64,000 bases of DNA from Camelus ferus (lineage: Eukaryota), in the NCBI RefSeq assembly GCF_009834535.1, contig NC_045697.1:23996001-24060000 (forward strand), given 5' to 3'. Positions 25,200 to 38,607 of the stretch are shown here, piece by piece (within the stretch, counting starts at the first letter, position 1; each line of letters begins with the position of its first letter). The position numbers and the translations under genes were made by a program. The notes beneath the pieces are model-generated. The model saw only the letters and a list, made by a program, of their open reading frames with translations. It did no database searches and was not told where the DNA came from.

Positions 25200-27250
25200 A
25201 GTAAGCATATAATTTTAATTACCCCTCAGATCAAGATATAATGTATTATTAACATCCAGAAATCTCTTGAGCTCCATTCCAATTATGAAGCCCAAGAATA
25301 AACATTATTTTGATTTCTATCTCCATAAGTTAACTTTGCCTTTTTTGAATGTGATTAAAATAGAACCAGAGAGTATATAATTTTTATGTCTGCTTTCTTT
25401 TGCTCAGCAATTTATCTATAAAATGTATCATGCTATTTTGTATACCAGTAGTTTTTTTTTTTTCTGATATTATTCCATTGTGTTACTATTCCACATACAA
25501 TACATTTATTTCTTCTATTTTTTATGGGCATACACTTGAGTTGTTTCCAATTTGTTACTATTGTTATGTGATTTCTATCAGCTTCTTGTCTATGTGGTGA
25601 ATATATATACCAATTTTCACTGCACAGGCACCTAAGGGTCTTTTGGTGAACATATGTGTACGTTTCTGGGGTTATAGCTTTAGGAGTCATAGGTTTCTTA
25701 GGTTTAACTTCAGTAAATTATGTCAAGAGGACACCAAAGTGACTTTCCCACATGCAGTGTATGAGAGTTCTAGCCACTAGACCCTCTTGCCTGTGATTGT
25801 CAGTCTTCTTCATTTTTGTCATCAGGTGTGTTCACTGAATCATCTTGGAACTCCCTGATGTTTTAGTTTTCTTTTCCCCTGGTGACAAAAGAAGTAAATG
25901 TCCTCTTTAACTTATTGCTTATTCTATTTATCGGTCAAATTTCATGTATTGCCTTTTAAAATTATGTGTGTGTGAATCATTTATTGGCTATAAGTATTGA
26001 AACTATTAATAGCTTACTTTTTAATCTCTTAATGGTGCCTTTTTTATTCTCTTAATAAGGTACAAGGTAGCAGGTCTTTTTTTGTAACTAGTTGTTTGTC
26101 TAGCAAGTTTAATTACTTTTTGTCTAACCAATGTCATGAAGATATTCTCCTGTGTTATCCTCTGGAAGTTTTATTGTTATGATACATTTGAAATATAATT
26201 TTGTGTATATATTTTATGAATTAGACTCAAGGCTTATTTAAATAAAAATATATATAAATATATAAATATAAAACTAATCATTAGAATACAATTTATATCA
26301 ACATTTCAGTGATTCTTTTTTATAATTCAAGTGACCCTCATATATGTGTGAGTTTTCTTAATATATACATATATATTTTTTTATTGAAGTATAGTTAGTT
26401 TACAATGTTGTGTCAATTTCTGGTGTACAGCACAATGCTTCAGTCATAAAGGAACGTACATATATTCATTTTCATATTCTCTTTCACTGTAACTTACTAC
26501 AAGATATTGAATGTAGTTCCCTGTGCTATACAGTATAAACTTGTTATTTATCTATTTTTATATATTGGATAGTATCTTCAAATCTCGAACTCCCAACTTA
26601 TTCCTTCCCACCCCTTCCCCTCTGGAAACCATAGGTTTGTTTTCTGTGTGAGTCTGTTTCTGTTTTGTAAATTAGTTCATTTGTCTTTTTTTTTTTTTCT
26701 AGATTCCACATATAAGTGATATCATATAGTATTTTTCTTTCTCTTTCTGGCTTTTCTAAGTGAGTTTTCTTGAATATCTAATCTCTTTTATTCATATGTG
26801 TCTAACTTTGTATCAGTTCCATTCTCATTTAATAACTATAGCTTTATAATAATTTTTGAAGTGTGGTCATGTAAGCTCTCCAACTCTGTTTTTCTTATTT
26901 AAAATTATCTTTGTGGTTATTGATATTTTAAAATCCGCTTGTAAATTATACACACACACACACTGTTGGCTTTCATCAAATTTATGCTGAACCTACAAAT
27001 ACACTAGTTGATAGAAGATGCTATCTTTACAATATTGAATAGAGCTTAACCATTTTCCTATATTCCTTTATGTTTTAGTAATATTTATTATATTAAAGAT
27101 TTTCTTATTTTATATTAGTATAGCTACACCAACTCTTTTCTGTTAATGTTCATATGCTTCATTTGTTTTCTTTATTTCAATCTTTTTGAGTCCTTGTATC
27201 ATATGTCTTTATTATTCTCAAGCATGATTTTTTTTTAATTCGGCTTGACA
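25200..27250 (-). mobile_element. Old L1ME-type element (3'UTR and ORF2 fragments), decayed, interrupted by a younger L1
   Basis: T-rich antisense motifs: cccacatgcagtgtatgagagttctag, tctggaagttttattgtt, taactatagctttataataatttttgaa, atctttacaatattgaat. Confidence 0.75.
26360..26759 (-). mobile_element. 5'-truncated L1 3'UTR related to the 5.6-kb copy
   Basis: ttttattgaagtatagttagtttacaatgttgtgtcaatttctggtgtacagca...tagattccacatataagtgatatcata; 12-bp TSD gtgagttttctt at 26348-26359 and 26760-26771. Confidence 0.92.
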
Positions 27251-27869
27251 AATTTATAGAATGATAAATGTTAAAAAGCAGTGCTGCGGAGATTTTTCAC
27301 TTCTAGCTACAAAGAACTGGTTATTATGAGACTAATATATTTGACAAAAATGTTTAAAAATTTAAAAACATAAACATAGAATTGTAGGGAGGCACTGGAA
27401 AACACTGAGTGCATCTGTGAGCTTTTTCAGGACATGAGGCACCAGTGTCAATTTTTGCCTGTATGTATTAAATGAAGAAACTGATCACAATATGATTCAA
27501 GTTATTTATCCTAGGTTCTCTAAATTTTCACTTTTGATTATCTATCTTTATTCTTTTCTACTCCTTTTTGTCTCTGATTTTCTTTAAATACCTTAATGTA
27601 ATATTAGCTCTTTTAAAAATGCATTCTATTTTATTTAGAAGCACTTCATTAATAATTTCAGACAGCTTGAAATAATATGGCATCAGTCTCTTCCACAAAT
27701 CTCTCATGCAACAGATCAGTAAGTACTGCAGTTTTAACACTTGAATCATATCTTTATTAAAATTGAATCGTTTTTATATCCTTAAAACCACTTATACTAA
27801 GAAGGATCTAATCTCTCCCTGAAGACTTTCAATAGGCTACTACCTGCTTATTTGTATGGTCTTTTACAA

Positions 27870-28776
27870 ATATGTCTTAAATTTCTGCTTGTGGGGGAAT
27901 AAGTATCAAATATACCTGTATGATAAACAACTGAAAAACTGGACAAAAGGTACAGAATATCTGTTTTCAGCCATTGGACAATAGAAATTTTAAAATGTTT
28001 CTTTTTAATGATCCTTATAGAAAGACAAACAGAAGATGGGCCCCATATTCACTTGGTAAATTCTCCAAATCAGGACCCTGGAAAGGGCAAACCAAACACA
28101 GAACAGCCCACTTTCTAGGCAGAGGAATCTGAAATTGGAAATCTGGAATGATTGGGCAGCTAGAATTTGTGAGGAAAATATTAAATAGAAGGAATGACAC
28201 ACAAAAGCATATCCAGAAGTCAGCATAGAGTCTTTGGGCAAATACTATTCTGTGCATGCACAGGATGAGATTTTGCAAGGCCTACCAGAGAGCAGCTGTT
28301 GGTGGGCTATGAGCTGCATGATGATTTTGCATAATTCTGAGAAATGTTGGAGATCCAACTAGCCAGAGTGGAGACACCTTACTGAACTCATCAGAAAATC
28401 AGCCAGGACCCCAGGGACATCATCATCTCTAAGTAACACTACTCTAACCTTAGATTAAGGGTAACTCTAAACTCACCATAAAAAAAAACCTAAAAACAAA
28501 ACTAGACAATATGAAGCTGATTAACCAGCTAATTAACTTATTGCCAGAACCAAACCAAAAGTCTTTCAAGGAAAACACACACACACACACAAACTCAATT
28601 ATGTAGCGTAACTGTCAGTACACAATACAGAATTAATAGACATGAAAAGGAGGAAAGCATGACATTTAATAATTTAAAAGTATGAAGTTAATAGAAATGT
28701 ACCCAATATTGACACAAATGATTGAAATGTCAGACCAGACTTTCACAAGGCTATTCTAAATGTTGTCAAAAATTTA
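27870..28776 (+). mobile_element. Old L1M 5'UTR and start of ORF1
   Basis: aaacaactgaaaaactggacaaaa...gttttcagccattggacaatag; gacacaaatgattgaaatgtcagaccagactttcacaaggctattctaaat. Confidence 0.65.
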
Positions 28777-29432
28777 TGGTAGGTACAGATAGCCTCCAGA
28801 TAGCCTCCAGCCTTCCAGATAGCCACCAAGATTTCTAACCACTTGTGTATTATCCTGTATAATCCTATCCCCTTGAGTTGGTGAGGTCTGTGAATATAAT
28901 GAATATTAACTCCCATGTCTAGGTTATGCTGTATGGCAGAGTGAAGGAATTCTGCAGATAAAATTAGGGTCCTTAAACAGTTTGACTTTGAATTAATCAC
29001 AAGGAAGATTATGCTGTGTGGGCCTAATGTAATCAAGTGAACCTTTTAAAAGATGTCCAAAGTCTTCCATAAGATCAGAGAGTGATCGTTCGTCTGAGCT
29101 TGAGGAAGAAAACATCTATGCTGCAAACTGCCTGTAGAAACAATACGTGTTATGAAACTCAAGTAGTGATTGTGGCCTCCAGTTGAAATCCAGTATGAAT
29201 GAATCCAGGGCATCTCAGTAATAAATATCAAGGAAATGAATTTTGCCAACTACCTGAATGAGCTTGAAAGAAAAGCTCCAGTCAAGCCTTACCCTAGTCA
29301 AGCCTTTGGATAATAATACAGTCTAGCTAACTCCTTGATTATAGCCTTGTGAAACCCTGAGCAGAGCGAATCTAGCTAGCAGTGCTTAAACTCCTGATCC
29401 ATGGGAACTCTGTGTTTTGTGTGTGTTGCTTT
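28777..29432 (+). mobile_element. MaLR LTR, MLT1E-like
   Basis: tgtataatcctatccccttgagt, ttgactttgaattaatcacaaggaagattat, caaggaaatgaattttgccaactacctgaatgagcttg, tagccttgtgaaaccctgagcagag. Confidence 0.85.
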
Positions 29433-29439
29433 GTTGTTG

Positions 29440-29800
29440 ATTTTAATAGATTTTTGGTTTTTTAGAGCAGTTTTAAATTCACAGCAAAATTGGAAGGAAG
29501 GTATAGAGATTTCCCATATACTCTCTGCCCTACACACGCATAACCTCTCTCATGACCATTATCCCCTACCAAAGTGTCTTTCTATAATTGTTACAGTTGA
29601 TGAATATTGTACACATACACTGACACACTGTTATCACCCAAAATCCATAGTTTACATTACAGTTCATTTTTGGTGGTGTACATTCTATGAGTTTGGGCAA
29701 ATATATGATGACATGTATCTACTATTATAGTGTCATACAGAGCATTTTCTTTAAATATCCTCTATGCTTCCCCTATTCATCCCTTCCTCTCCCTTACCCC
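29440..29800 (-). mobile_element. L1MC-type 3'UTR fragment
   Basis: ttttagagcagttttaaattcacagcaaaattg, atcacccaaaatccatagtttacatta. Confidence 0.85.
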
Positions 29801-29809
29801 CTCACCTTT

Positions 29810-30350
29810 GTAATGGCTGGTTTCCCACATTAGTTTTTATTAATTAGTTTGTATTTAGTTAGTTTTCAACAATGCAACTAAGATATGCAGAACTATGATT
29901 TGTGTGTGTGGGTGGGTGGGTGGGTGTGTGTGTGTGTGTGTCCCACTTGGAGTTTTTTGAGTTTCTGAGAACAATTATTGAAAAGTTTTCATTGTAAACA
30001 CTTATGATAAATTTTTGGCCATTGCATAGTCAATTTTTTTCTGCTCTAGTCTCTTAAATTATTCTGAGTCCAATTACCTCTACAATTAGATTGATTGATA
30101 TTCCACTACAATAGTGATTCTTTTTAAATTTTTTTGTCTTTTGCTTCTTTATATGCTACATTTTAAAGGGTCTATTTTTCTATTTTCAAATATACTATCA
30201 TTTTATGCTAGTACAGCCATCCAGTGAATTTTTAAACTTCAGATATCATGTCTTTATTTCTAGAATACACATTGTTATGGTTGCAATGTTTTTTTCCCAA
30301 GATTCTTCAAATATTTACTCATTATGTCAACCTTTTTATGTAAATATGTA
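29810..30350 (-). mobile_element. Old L1 ORF1-region fragment containing a (GT)n microsatellite (about 29901-29941)
   Basis: catccagtgaatttttaaacttcagatat...tttctagaa, antisense ORF1-like. Confidence 0.55.
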
Positions 30351-30414
30351 TTATTAATTTTCTATTATGGTATAACAAATTATTGAAAATTTAACAACAC
30401 TTAAAAGAACACAC

Positions 30415-30615
30415 ACAAAACCAAACTACAGAGAGCATAAAAAGATCAGTGGTTGTCATGATTTGGGGGGAGGGGCTGAATAGGCAAAGCACAGAGGATC
30501 TTTAGAGGAGTAGAACTATTCTATATAATACTATAATGATGGATACATGACATTACACATTTGTTCAAACCCACAGAATGAGCAACACCAAGAGTAAACT
30601 GTAATGTGAACTTTG
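30415..30615 (+). mobile_element. L1MC-type 3'UTR fragment
   Basis: aaagatcagtggttgtca...tgaataggcaaagcacagaggat...tggatacatgacattacacatttgttcaaacccacagaatg. Confidence 0.85.
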
Positions 30616-31849
30616 TTTCTTGAAAAGCAGATAAGGGTCACTCTTTGGTCTATTGCATTGCCATTTTCTCTCTCTCATATTTCATTTTGTCTTTGAGAAA
30701 AGAGAGAACAAGGAATATGTTGAGCTAAAGTTACAGTATCAGGTGCCAATATGAGAAGTTTCTTTTCTTTATTTCTAATGTTTGTGTATTTCATTATCAA
30801 CTCGAAGGATTATTCCTTCCTCACTAGAGTATTTCCCAGATGTTCCCAGGTACTTCAGTTCAGTAGCTCCTTTAAGAAGTTTACTTTTATTTGAGAAAAA
30901 GAATATATTTTAATATGTATTTATTTTCTAGAAACACATTTTGATCTTTCACCAAGTCTTTATTATTCAGAGTAATGGGCAAATGCCTCAGGTAAAATTA
31001 CCTTAAAACAATAGAAATGGGACTATGAAATCAAACTATTAAATAGTAAAGTGGAATATGAAAGAAATAGGAAACATAGTTTTTCTAATTAGACAAGTAT
31101 TATTGAGTACAATATTCTAAATAAAAACTTAAAAATGCCTAACCTTTTCAATTCTCATATTTCCTATCTTTATGATTTAAGATGGTTACTAGAACCTCCC
31201 AAATATCATGCACCACCCCAAAGTCAAAATGTGAACTCAGAGAAACTGAAGGTCAAAGATTCTGTATGAGGACACAAATTAACCAGTAAGTCCATATTTG
31301 AAGAACAATTTAGTATAATTCAACTAAGTGCATACTTATATAAGAAGTAATGTGACTAAATTTGAGTGAATGCCAAGAACACGTCAGGTTTTTTAGAAAA
31401 CACTTGTGACTTAAGATTGTTACCTCAGTTTCATAGGTGAGGAGGCTGGCTGGGGTCATATAATTTTTCAGTGTCAGAGTCACTTTTTTTAAGAAAAAGG
31501 AGCCAAAATATAAAACAAAATTTTCCTGAAATCTCTACCCTTTTCTTTATGTTACTTCCTGCAAGAAAAAAACTAAAACATTGTGATCATTTATTCTCTA
31601 AACTATTGGTTCTTAGTTTAGTTTGGTGAATGGGATCCTCTTGGTTAAACCTTTAGGTCATTATCACACACAAAAAAAATGCATCAAAATAATCCCATAG
31701 ACTGTTGGATACAATTTCAGTGGGTTCCGAAAGTCATCTGAACCCCACGTTCTAGGAAAAAAAACATAAAAATACGTCTCATAAGTTCTCAAATACACTG
31801 ATCATACTTTTTAATGTAAAAACAGGGACATAACTAAGTCATGAAAAGA

Positions 31850-32114
31850 CATGGCGGATATACCATTATATATTTGTCTAAACTCATAAAATATACACCG
31901 CTAAGAATGAACCCTAATGTGTACTATGGACTTTGGGTGATAATGATGTGACAATGTAGGTTCATCAGTTGTAACAAATGGACCACTCTGGTGTAGAATG
32001 TTGATAGGGAGGCTGTATGTGTGAAGGCAAAGGGCATATGGGAGCTCTTTGTACTTTCCATTCCATTCTGCTGTGAATCTAAAACTATTCTAAAAAATAA
32101 AGCCTATTAAAAAA
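31850..32114 (+). mobile_element. L1MC-type 3' terminal fragment
   Basis: gaaccctaatgtgtactatggactttgggtgataatgatgtg...ctgtgaatctaaaactattctaaaaaataaag. Confidence 0.88.
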
Positions 32115-32875
32115 TGACATATGATTTGATGCTTTAGTGGTTAATAGTCTGACAAAAGAACTGCTAATAAATTGATATGGCTTGGGGAAAAAAACAGTTT
32201 CAAAATTTGTATTAAATTTCTTATAGGATAATTCATGGGTAAACTCATCATGAAGGGGCTTATTCCAACAGAATTGGATTCAGATCTGTTTTAACTAAGA
32301 AAAATTAAGAGCTATGAGTATCTATTGAGGTTAAATTGGTGTAACTGTAGATAAAATATGCAAATGAGCACCTTAAGCAAAGAAACTCAGTATCATTAAC
32401 CTGATGATTATCATTTATTATATGTGTATCAATTATATATTAACCTGGTGATTAAGAAAGGCTGAACATGAAGGTGACTTTTAACCAAAATGCTCATTAA
32501 GAGAAAAAGTTCAGAACCAAGATACATTTTTTTTTTTAACCAAGAGAAGTTTAGAAAGGGGACAATCAGAAGAGGAGTAGTTGACAAAATAATGACTATT
32601 TGTATATAGCTTTTAATCATCAGTAGAATTTTAGACAAAGGATCTTATTTGATCTTAGTTATCTTGTACAATATTTAAAGGTGGTATGTTTACTTTATCT
32701 ATGATAAAATCAATGGTCAAAGATATTAAATACTGTAGTCTCAAAACTAGTAAGGCTTAGAAGTTCCCTTCTTTTACCTAGGTCTGGATCTCTTCCAATT
32801 TAGCTACAGTTTATAGAAGATAGCAAAATTTAGCATGTTAATCTAACATATTTCATAAAGCTTAAGTATACATTG

Positions 32876-33284
32876 GCTATGGGCTGAACTGTGTCCTCCC
32901 CAGATTCATATTTTGAAGTCTCAAACCCCAGTACCTTAGACTGTAATCATATTTACAGATAAGGTCCTTAAAGAAGTGGTTAAGTTAAAATGACTAAGTT
33001 AAAATGGCTAAATAAAAATTGATGTGGAGCCTTAATCCAATATGTCTGGTGTCCTTATAGAAGAGGGAGAGACACCAGGGATGAGCACATGTGCACCTAA
33101 GAGGGGCCAAGTGAGGATACAGTGAGAAGAGGGTCATCTGCAAGCTATACAGTCCTCAGGACAAACTGACCCTGCCAACACCTTGATCTTGGACTTCCAG
33201 CCTCCAGAATTGTGAGAAAATCAATTTCTGTTGTTTAAGTCACTTTGTGGTATTTTGTCATTGCAGCCTTATCAAACTAATATA
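32876..33284 (+). mobile_element. MaLR solo LTR, MLT1A-like
   Basis: gctatgggctgaactgtgtcc...caccttgatcttggacttccagcctccagaattgtgagaaaat...aactaatata; cattg on both sides (32871-32875, 33285-33289). Confidence 0.92.
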
Positions 33285-35759
33285 CATTGAAAAATACCTA
33301 TATCCTCAACTACAGTTGTAATCAGTAAAGAAGATGACCCCATCAGGGTTACATAAATTGATTAATTATTTCTCTAATTTCCAATTGTTTCTTTTATTCA
33401 CTTTGCTCCAAATCACTCTACTAAAAGACCCAAGAGTTTGTTTTCTTTTTCCTAATACGAACTTCCTGATGACTCTTTAAATCATACCAGTGACTGTCTA
33501 CCAAAGCACACAAAATTATAAAATTCTCCTAATGGTTTCCTAAAATCCTTTCCAGATCTAAAATTTATTATTTTTAGGTTTTGGGAGGAAATATCTGTAA
33601 TTATAGAAATCATTTTTATCCCACTAATCTATTTCAAAGGACCAATGTAAAGATTGGTAAATGGACTGAATAGACATGGAAACAAAATTTTGTTATCATT
33701 AAAGTTCAAAACTTGACCTAGGAGACCACTATATTATTCTATTTTCTAGTTAAATAGATTTCATTATACCGTGTGTGGGATTAGCAGAATAAATGTGATA
33801 TGAACTAACACAAAAAAAAATGCAGGTTTGTTTTACAAAATCACTTTTGACCAATTATTAAGAACTTTTTCCCATGAAAATAAATCTCAGTGAAGTTAAC
33901 AACTCAAAGCAACAAATCGGTCTTACAAAATTTGTTAATTAGGCACAAATCAATCATCTGCTTAAACAGTAGGTTTTCAGACACAGTTGTAAGTGCTTCC
34001 ATATACTATAATGACTAAATGTGTTCCTCTTTCTGGTGGTTTTGATATAAAATTAATCATTATCTAACATTTAGACATGTGCTGTGTACAGAGCACTAAA
34101 TTAGACAACCTATCTACTGTAAGTATGTAGATTGACAAACAATTACTATTTTATTAACTTGAAAGGAAAAAGTTCCTATAAATAAGTTCTTGTTCCAGCT
34201 AATTGCATTCACTGAGTATTTAATTATCAACTCCAAATTAAGGATCTACCTCTTCATTTCTGAAAACTGGCTCCAATAACTGAAATGGTCTATGGACGGA
34301 TTTTCTAAATTTTTTTAAGCAAGTTACTGTACAGTTATTTATCTATGCCTATGTATATATCTATTTTGAATTTTGGAAGCCTACACTTTGAAAATGCACA
34401 ACAAAAAGAATAAACCTGGTAAGATATAAATAGGCATTAAATAGAGTATTAAGTGCCACAGCTGTCTAGGTTGAACAGTTTAACCACCTCTAGCCTGACT
34501 GGCTCTCAGAAGATAAAGTCTTGAATTCAGAGAGGACAGTGTAACTGGTTTTTCCAGAGTGGAGCTGTATTACTAGCAGAAGCAATGTTGTCCCCATAGG
34601 GATGGGGGTGATTAGTTCATCTAAAGAAGGGACTTGGTTGTCAAGATTGATAAATTAGGAAGAATGAGACCTGATAAAATGAGGGACCAGGAGGTACTGA
34701 CCTAAAAGCAGCTGAAAGAAAAAAAAAATACATATTTAGTGTGGATTTGCTCTTTGTGTAAAATGCCCTGGAGACATTAGAGGGTATCTAGATATAGAAA
34801 GTTTTAGATTCACACAATTTTATAGCTGGAAAATATCATCAAAATCCTACAGCTGTTCTCTTATTTTTTATTTGAGAACACTGAGGCTCAAAGCAACAGA
34901 GGCTGCCTTGGGGCCCAAACTCAGATACCTTACCTCCTATTTCTGAGTTTTCTGAGACAAAGACAATCTGATGTGTGAGTTTTAAAGTAGTATGTAAATG
35001 TTAGGTGTCAATAATAATAACTAGTTTGGAGTACTTGTTATTTCTTATAGTCAAATCCTTTGTTAGCAACATACAGCCTCTATATAACTTGAACCTCAGT
35101 TAGCCACTGTATGATATGATGTACTATGTGCCTTTCCTGGTATTGTTTCTCATTTTTCCATGTGATTAAATTGCTTCGTACTTTGATGAAATGAAAAGAA
35201 AAAATCTGGGACTCCGATGAACATAAAATTCATAGTAAGAAAATCTATCAGGCATAATTATATAATTAGTGTTCCTATCTAAAGGGAAAAATATAACTTC
35301 TCTGTTTCTATGTAGATGACAGAACTGGTATTGTACTGGAACTGGAGCAACAGGAAAATATCAGAAAATAATATATGTATATTGTCTACCTCTTGGGGAG
35401 AATGAGGATTTAAGTAGACGAGCATTTAGTTATGCTTATCTATCAACTTCTTTGAGAAAGTTGCTGTGTATTGTCCACAACAGCATAACATGTCATGGAG
35501 GTATATAGTGGGCAGGTAAACTGTTCCAACATTCATTATGAATTTAGTAAAGATTTATTAAGGACTTTATGTGTCAGACACTGATAAACAATAAAAGTAC
35601 AAAGATGAGTTCTTATAAGGCAGGTGATACAAAGCAAAACATAATTACAATTTAATATGATGAGCCCTAAAATTCACACATATAATAGTAATTCAACCTC
35701 TAGGATTTGTAGTTTTTTTTTTTTTTTTTTTTTTTGGATGAGTAGCTTTCCGTAGATCA

Positions 35760-35930
35760 GCGTCCAGATAAGGAAGTCAGCTGACATCTTGGTTTCAGCA
35801 TGGTGAGACCCTGAGCAGAGGATCCAGAGTAAATGTGTTAAAACTCGTGACCACAGAAATTGTGAGATAATAAATTTGTATTACTTTGAACTGCTAAATT
35901 TGTAGCACTTTGCTACTCAGCAATGAAACA
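35760..35930 (+). mobile_element. 3' part of an MLT1 (E-like) LTR
   Basis: gctgacatcttggtttcagc...gtgagaccctgagcagagga...cacagaaattgtgagataataaat. Confidence 0.8.
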
Positions 35931-37915
35931 CATGAAGGTGGCTTCTTAATATTACATATTTTTCAAATATTTGGGTGAATTTCAAAACCCTCATTGGGTT
36001 CTTGAGGAAAATCTTGTAGGGATGCTCATCCATGGATGCTGTTTTCTTACCAACCAGACTAGATCGTCTTGTCAGGATGTTTCAAGGGGATATACACTTA
36101 AAACCCATCTGTTCAGTAGCTATGAAGCAGGATTTCCAGCTGACACGTTTGATTGCTCTCATGTGGATGACTCAAGATTAGGAAAGGAGAATTGCCACAC
36201 TTGGTTTATTACTTGGAATTAAGAGATTAGGTTTGGTTTCTTGGAGTTCCCAAATTGTAATGGAGATTGGATTCTCTTCAAGCTCTTCAATTAAAATAAT
36301 AATATAAATAAAATGGTAGCAATGCAAAATAAAAGAAGGGGGAATAATTAAGAAAGGCAGTAGAAAATGATATCTCTACCTCAAGAGTGGGAATCATGTT
36401 GATGACAGCTGGAGCTGAAATGAGACCCACAACCTGGAATTAATTTGAAATCAGTATTTGTGTCTCACGTATATAGAAATACTTCTATTTTCAAAGCTCT
36501 TAGGCACCCTCAATGATATTTTTCTATATAGCAGATATTAAAAATTGCTTAATGTATGGCTTTTGCCAAGAAGAATTGCTTTCTAAATCTAGAACTGTTT
36601 TTGCAGAGGAAAGATTATTTCAAAGAGATATTTTTCCTCTTCTAAACAGAAGACACTTTAAATAATAGTATTTTCTGTGATATACACAGGGTGAAAAATC
36701 TCCCTTCCTATAAAATAGTTATTATGAAGTATTGGCATTTCCCCTTACATGCACATGCTGATGAGCACAGGTGTATAGAAGAAGCCATATGGTCACACTT
36801 TCTAATTCATCTTTTTCATTAAGGATAAATTAAATTTTACTACAGAGCTTCAATAAAGTCACTTTTTTCATGCTTACATTATTCTCTGTTTCATCAATAT
36901 TTCAAAAACAATGCCAAGACTATTTTATGTTTCATAGTAAACAGGTAATGAAATTTAAATCAATAAGCACTTTAGTCCGAACATATGCCACTTGGGATTA
37001 GGAAGAAATATAGCATGAATTAGCACCCTCCCTTTAGACGATAAGACTCATTTGTTAAGAAATTCATATTGCTGAAACATCACAATCTATTGGAAGCAAC
37101 TCTAATGAAAGAAAAAAACTGACCACTTAAATTTTTCTTTTCCTTCCTGGTTTTTAGCATGCAGTGACATCTTGATTACAATTCAATAAATATCCCTTAA
37201 ATGGCTCTAATCCTTTCAAAGTTCATTTTAAATATCAATCTCACGAGTGAGTAGGCAGTCAAAACTAGATGTGAGTTAGAATAACTGCTACATTTCTAGC
37301 TTCTGATCATATTGGGATGGCTAGGAAAAGATTAAATGGTATTTTCCCGCATCACCTGACAGTTTTTTCTCATACCTCTCACTCTTTGTTCAGAAGAGAT
37401 AAAAGTTTCTATTTCATATTTCTATTTCATACTAAATGTGTAGGAACTTGAGGAAGAGTAATAGCAAATAACTAGAAGGTAAGCAGAGATAGAAACTGGG
37501 AGACATAAATCCACATACATATCAAATAAATTCTGAGCCATTAAAATTTGAAAAAAAGCAAAGAAAGGAGTCAGTGTTAGAGCACAGGGGACAAGACTTG
37601 GTAGTTACACTTTGCGTACTACTGCTTTGGATACTACTTGAAATTTGAGTAAAATTTGAAATCTGATGGCTCGTCAGTTTGAGGACTGATTACAGATCAT
37701 TGATGTATTTGTAAGGCATCTCGGAAATTCTCAAATTTGAGTTTGTCAACATGAACTAAAATAACTCAGTCTGTGCCCCCCCCCCCCCAGAGCTTAGCCT
37801 GATTTGGAAAAAAATAAGACTTACTACTTCCCATTGTACTTTCAGTCTTGTTGGTGTTTATACCTGTGAAATAGCATAAATAAAATTGTATTTTTATCTC
37901 TTTCATCTCTGTTTT

Positions 37916-38074
37916 TTTTTTTACAGTGCAAACTGCCTTTATTTTTAATTTTTTAACTTTTTTTATTGGGTTATAGTCAGTTTACAATTTTGTGTCAATT
38001 TCCAGTGTAGAGCACAATTTTTCTGTTATACGCGAACATAACGTATATTCATTGTCGCATTCTTTTTCTCTGTG
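37916..38074 (-). mobile_element. Very short young L1 3' end with extra unique sequence before the poly-A
   Basis: 37955-38074 aligns by eye to 5581-5698; 14-bp TSD ttcatctctgtttt at 37902-37915 and 38075-38088. Confidence 0.92.
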
Positions 38075-38607
38075 TTCATCTCTGTTTTGAACGTTCCCTT
38101 TGAACTGACTTTCAGAACTAGAATAGTGAGTGCTTTACATAGGTAACAAACTGTTAAGTTCAAGTCAAAATACAAGGTGGGTTATAGAGTAGCAGTACTG
38201 TCTGTACCTAACTGACATTTTTTTCACTAACTACCCAGAAAATCAGAGTAGACAGTGAAGCCTGAATCATGGCACATGAATCCCAAATTACCCAAACTGC
38301 ACCACAGGAAACATCACAGTAAAAATATCATCTTATTTTGCCTTGAGCTGCAGGGTCTGGCCTTAATATAACTGGTTGTTCATACACTAGATTCTAGCTT
38401 CAGCTGTATGGTGAAGATGTTGATGTTTTGGGTGGGTGCAATTTTGCTAGAGATGTGAGAGGATACAATCATGTTGTATTTCAGCAAATAGATCCTCCCT
38501 TGAGTTTATTTTCTTTCTGGTCTCATATGGCTCAGCAATTGGTGGAGCTGTTATTCCCTTGCTGCTGATTCAGAAGCATGAAGGGAGTGTTTAGCTTCAA
38601 GGGGAGG

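Noticed and set aside
35703..35745. Poly-T run flanked by ggatttgtag / ggatgagtag as a solo poly-A insertion
   Set aside because: Only 8 of 10 bases match while the T run is pure, which is inconsistent in age; more likely a mononucleotide expansion.
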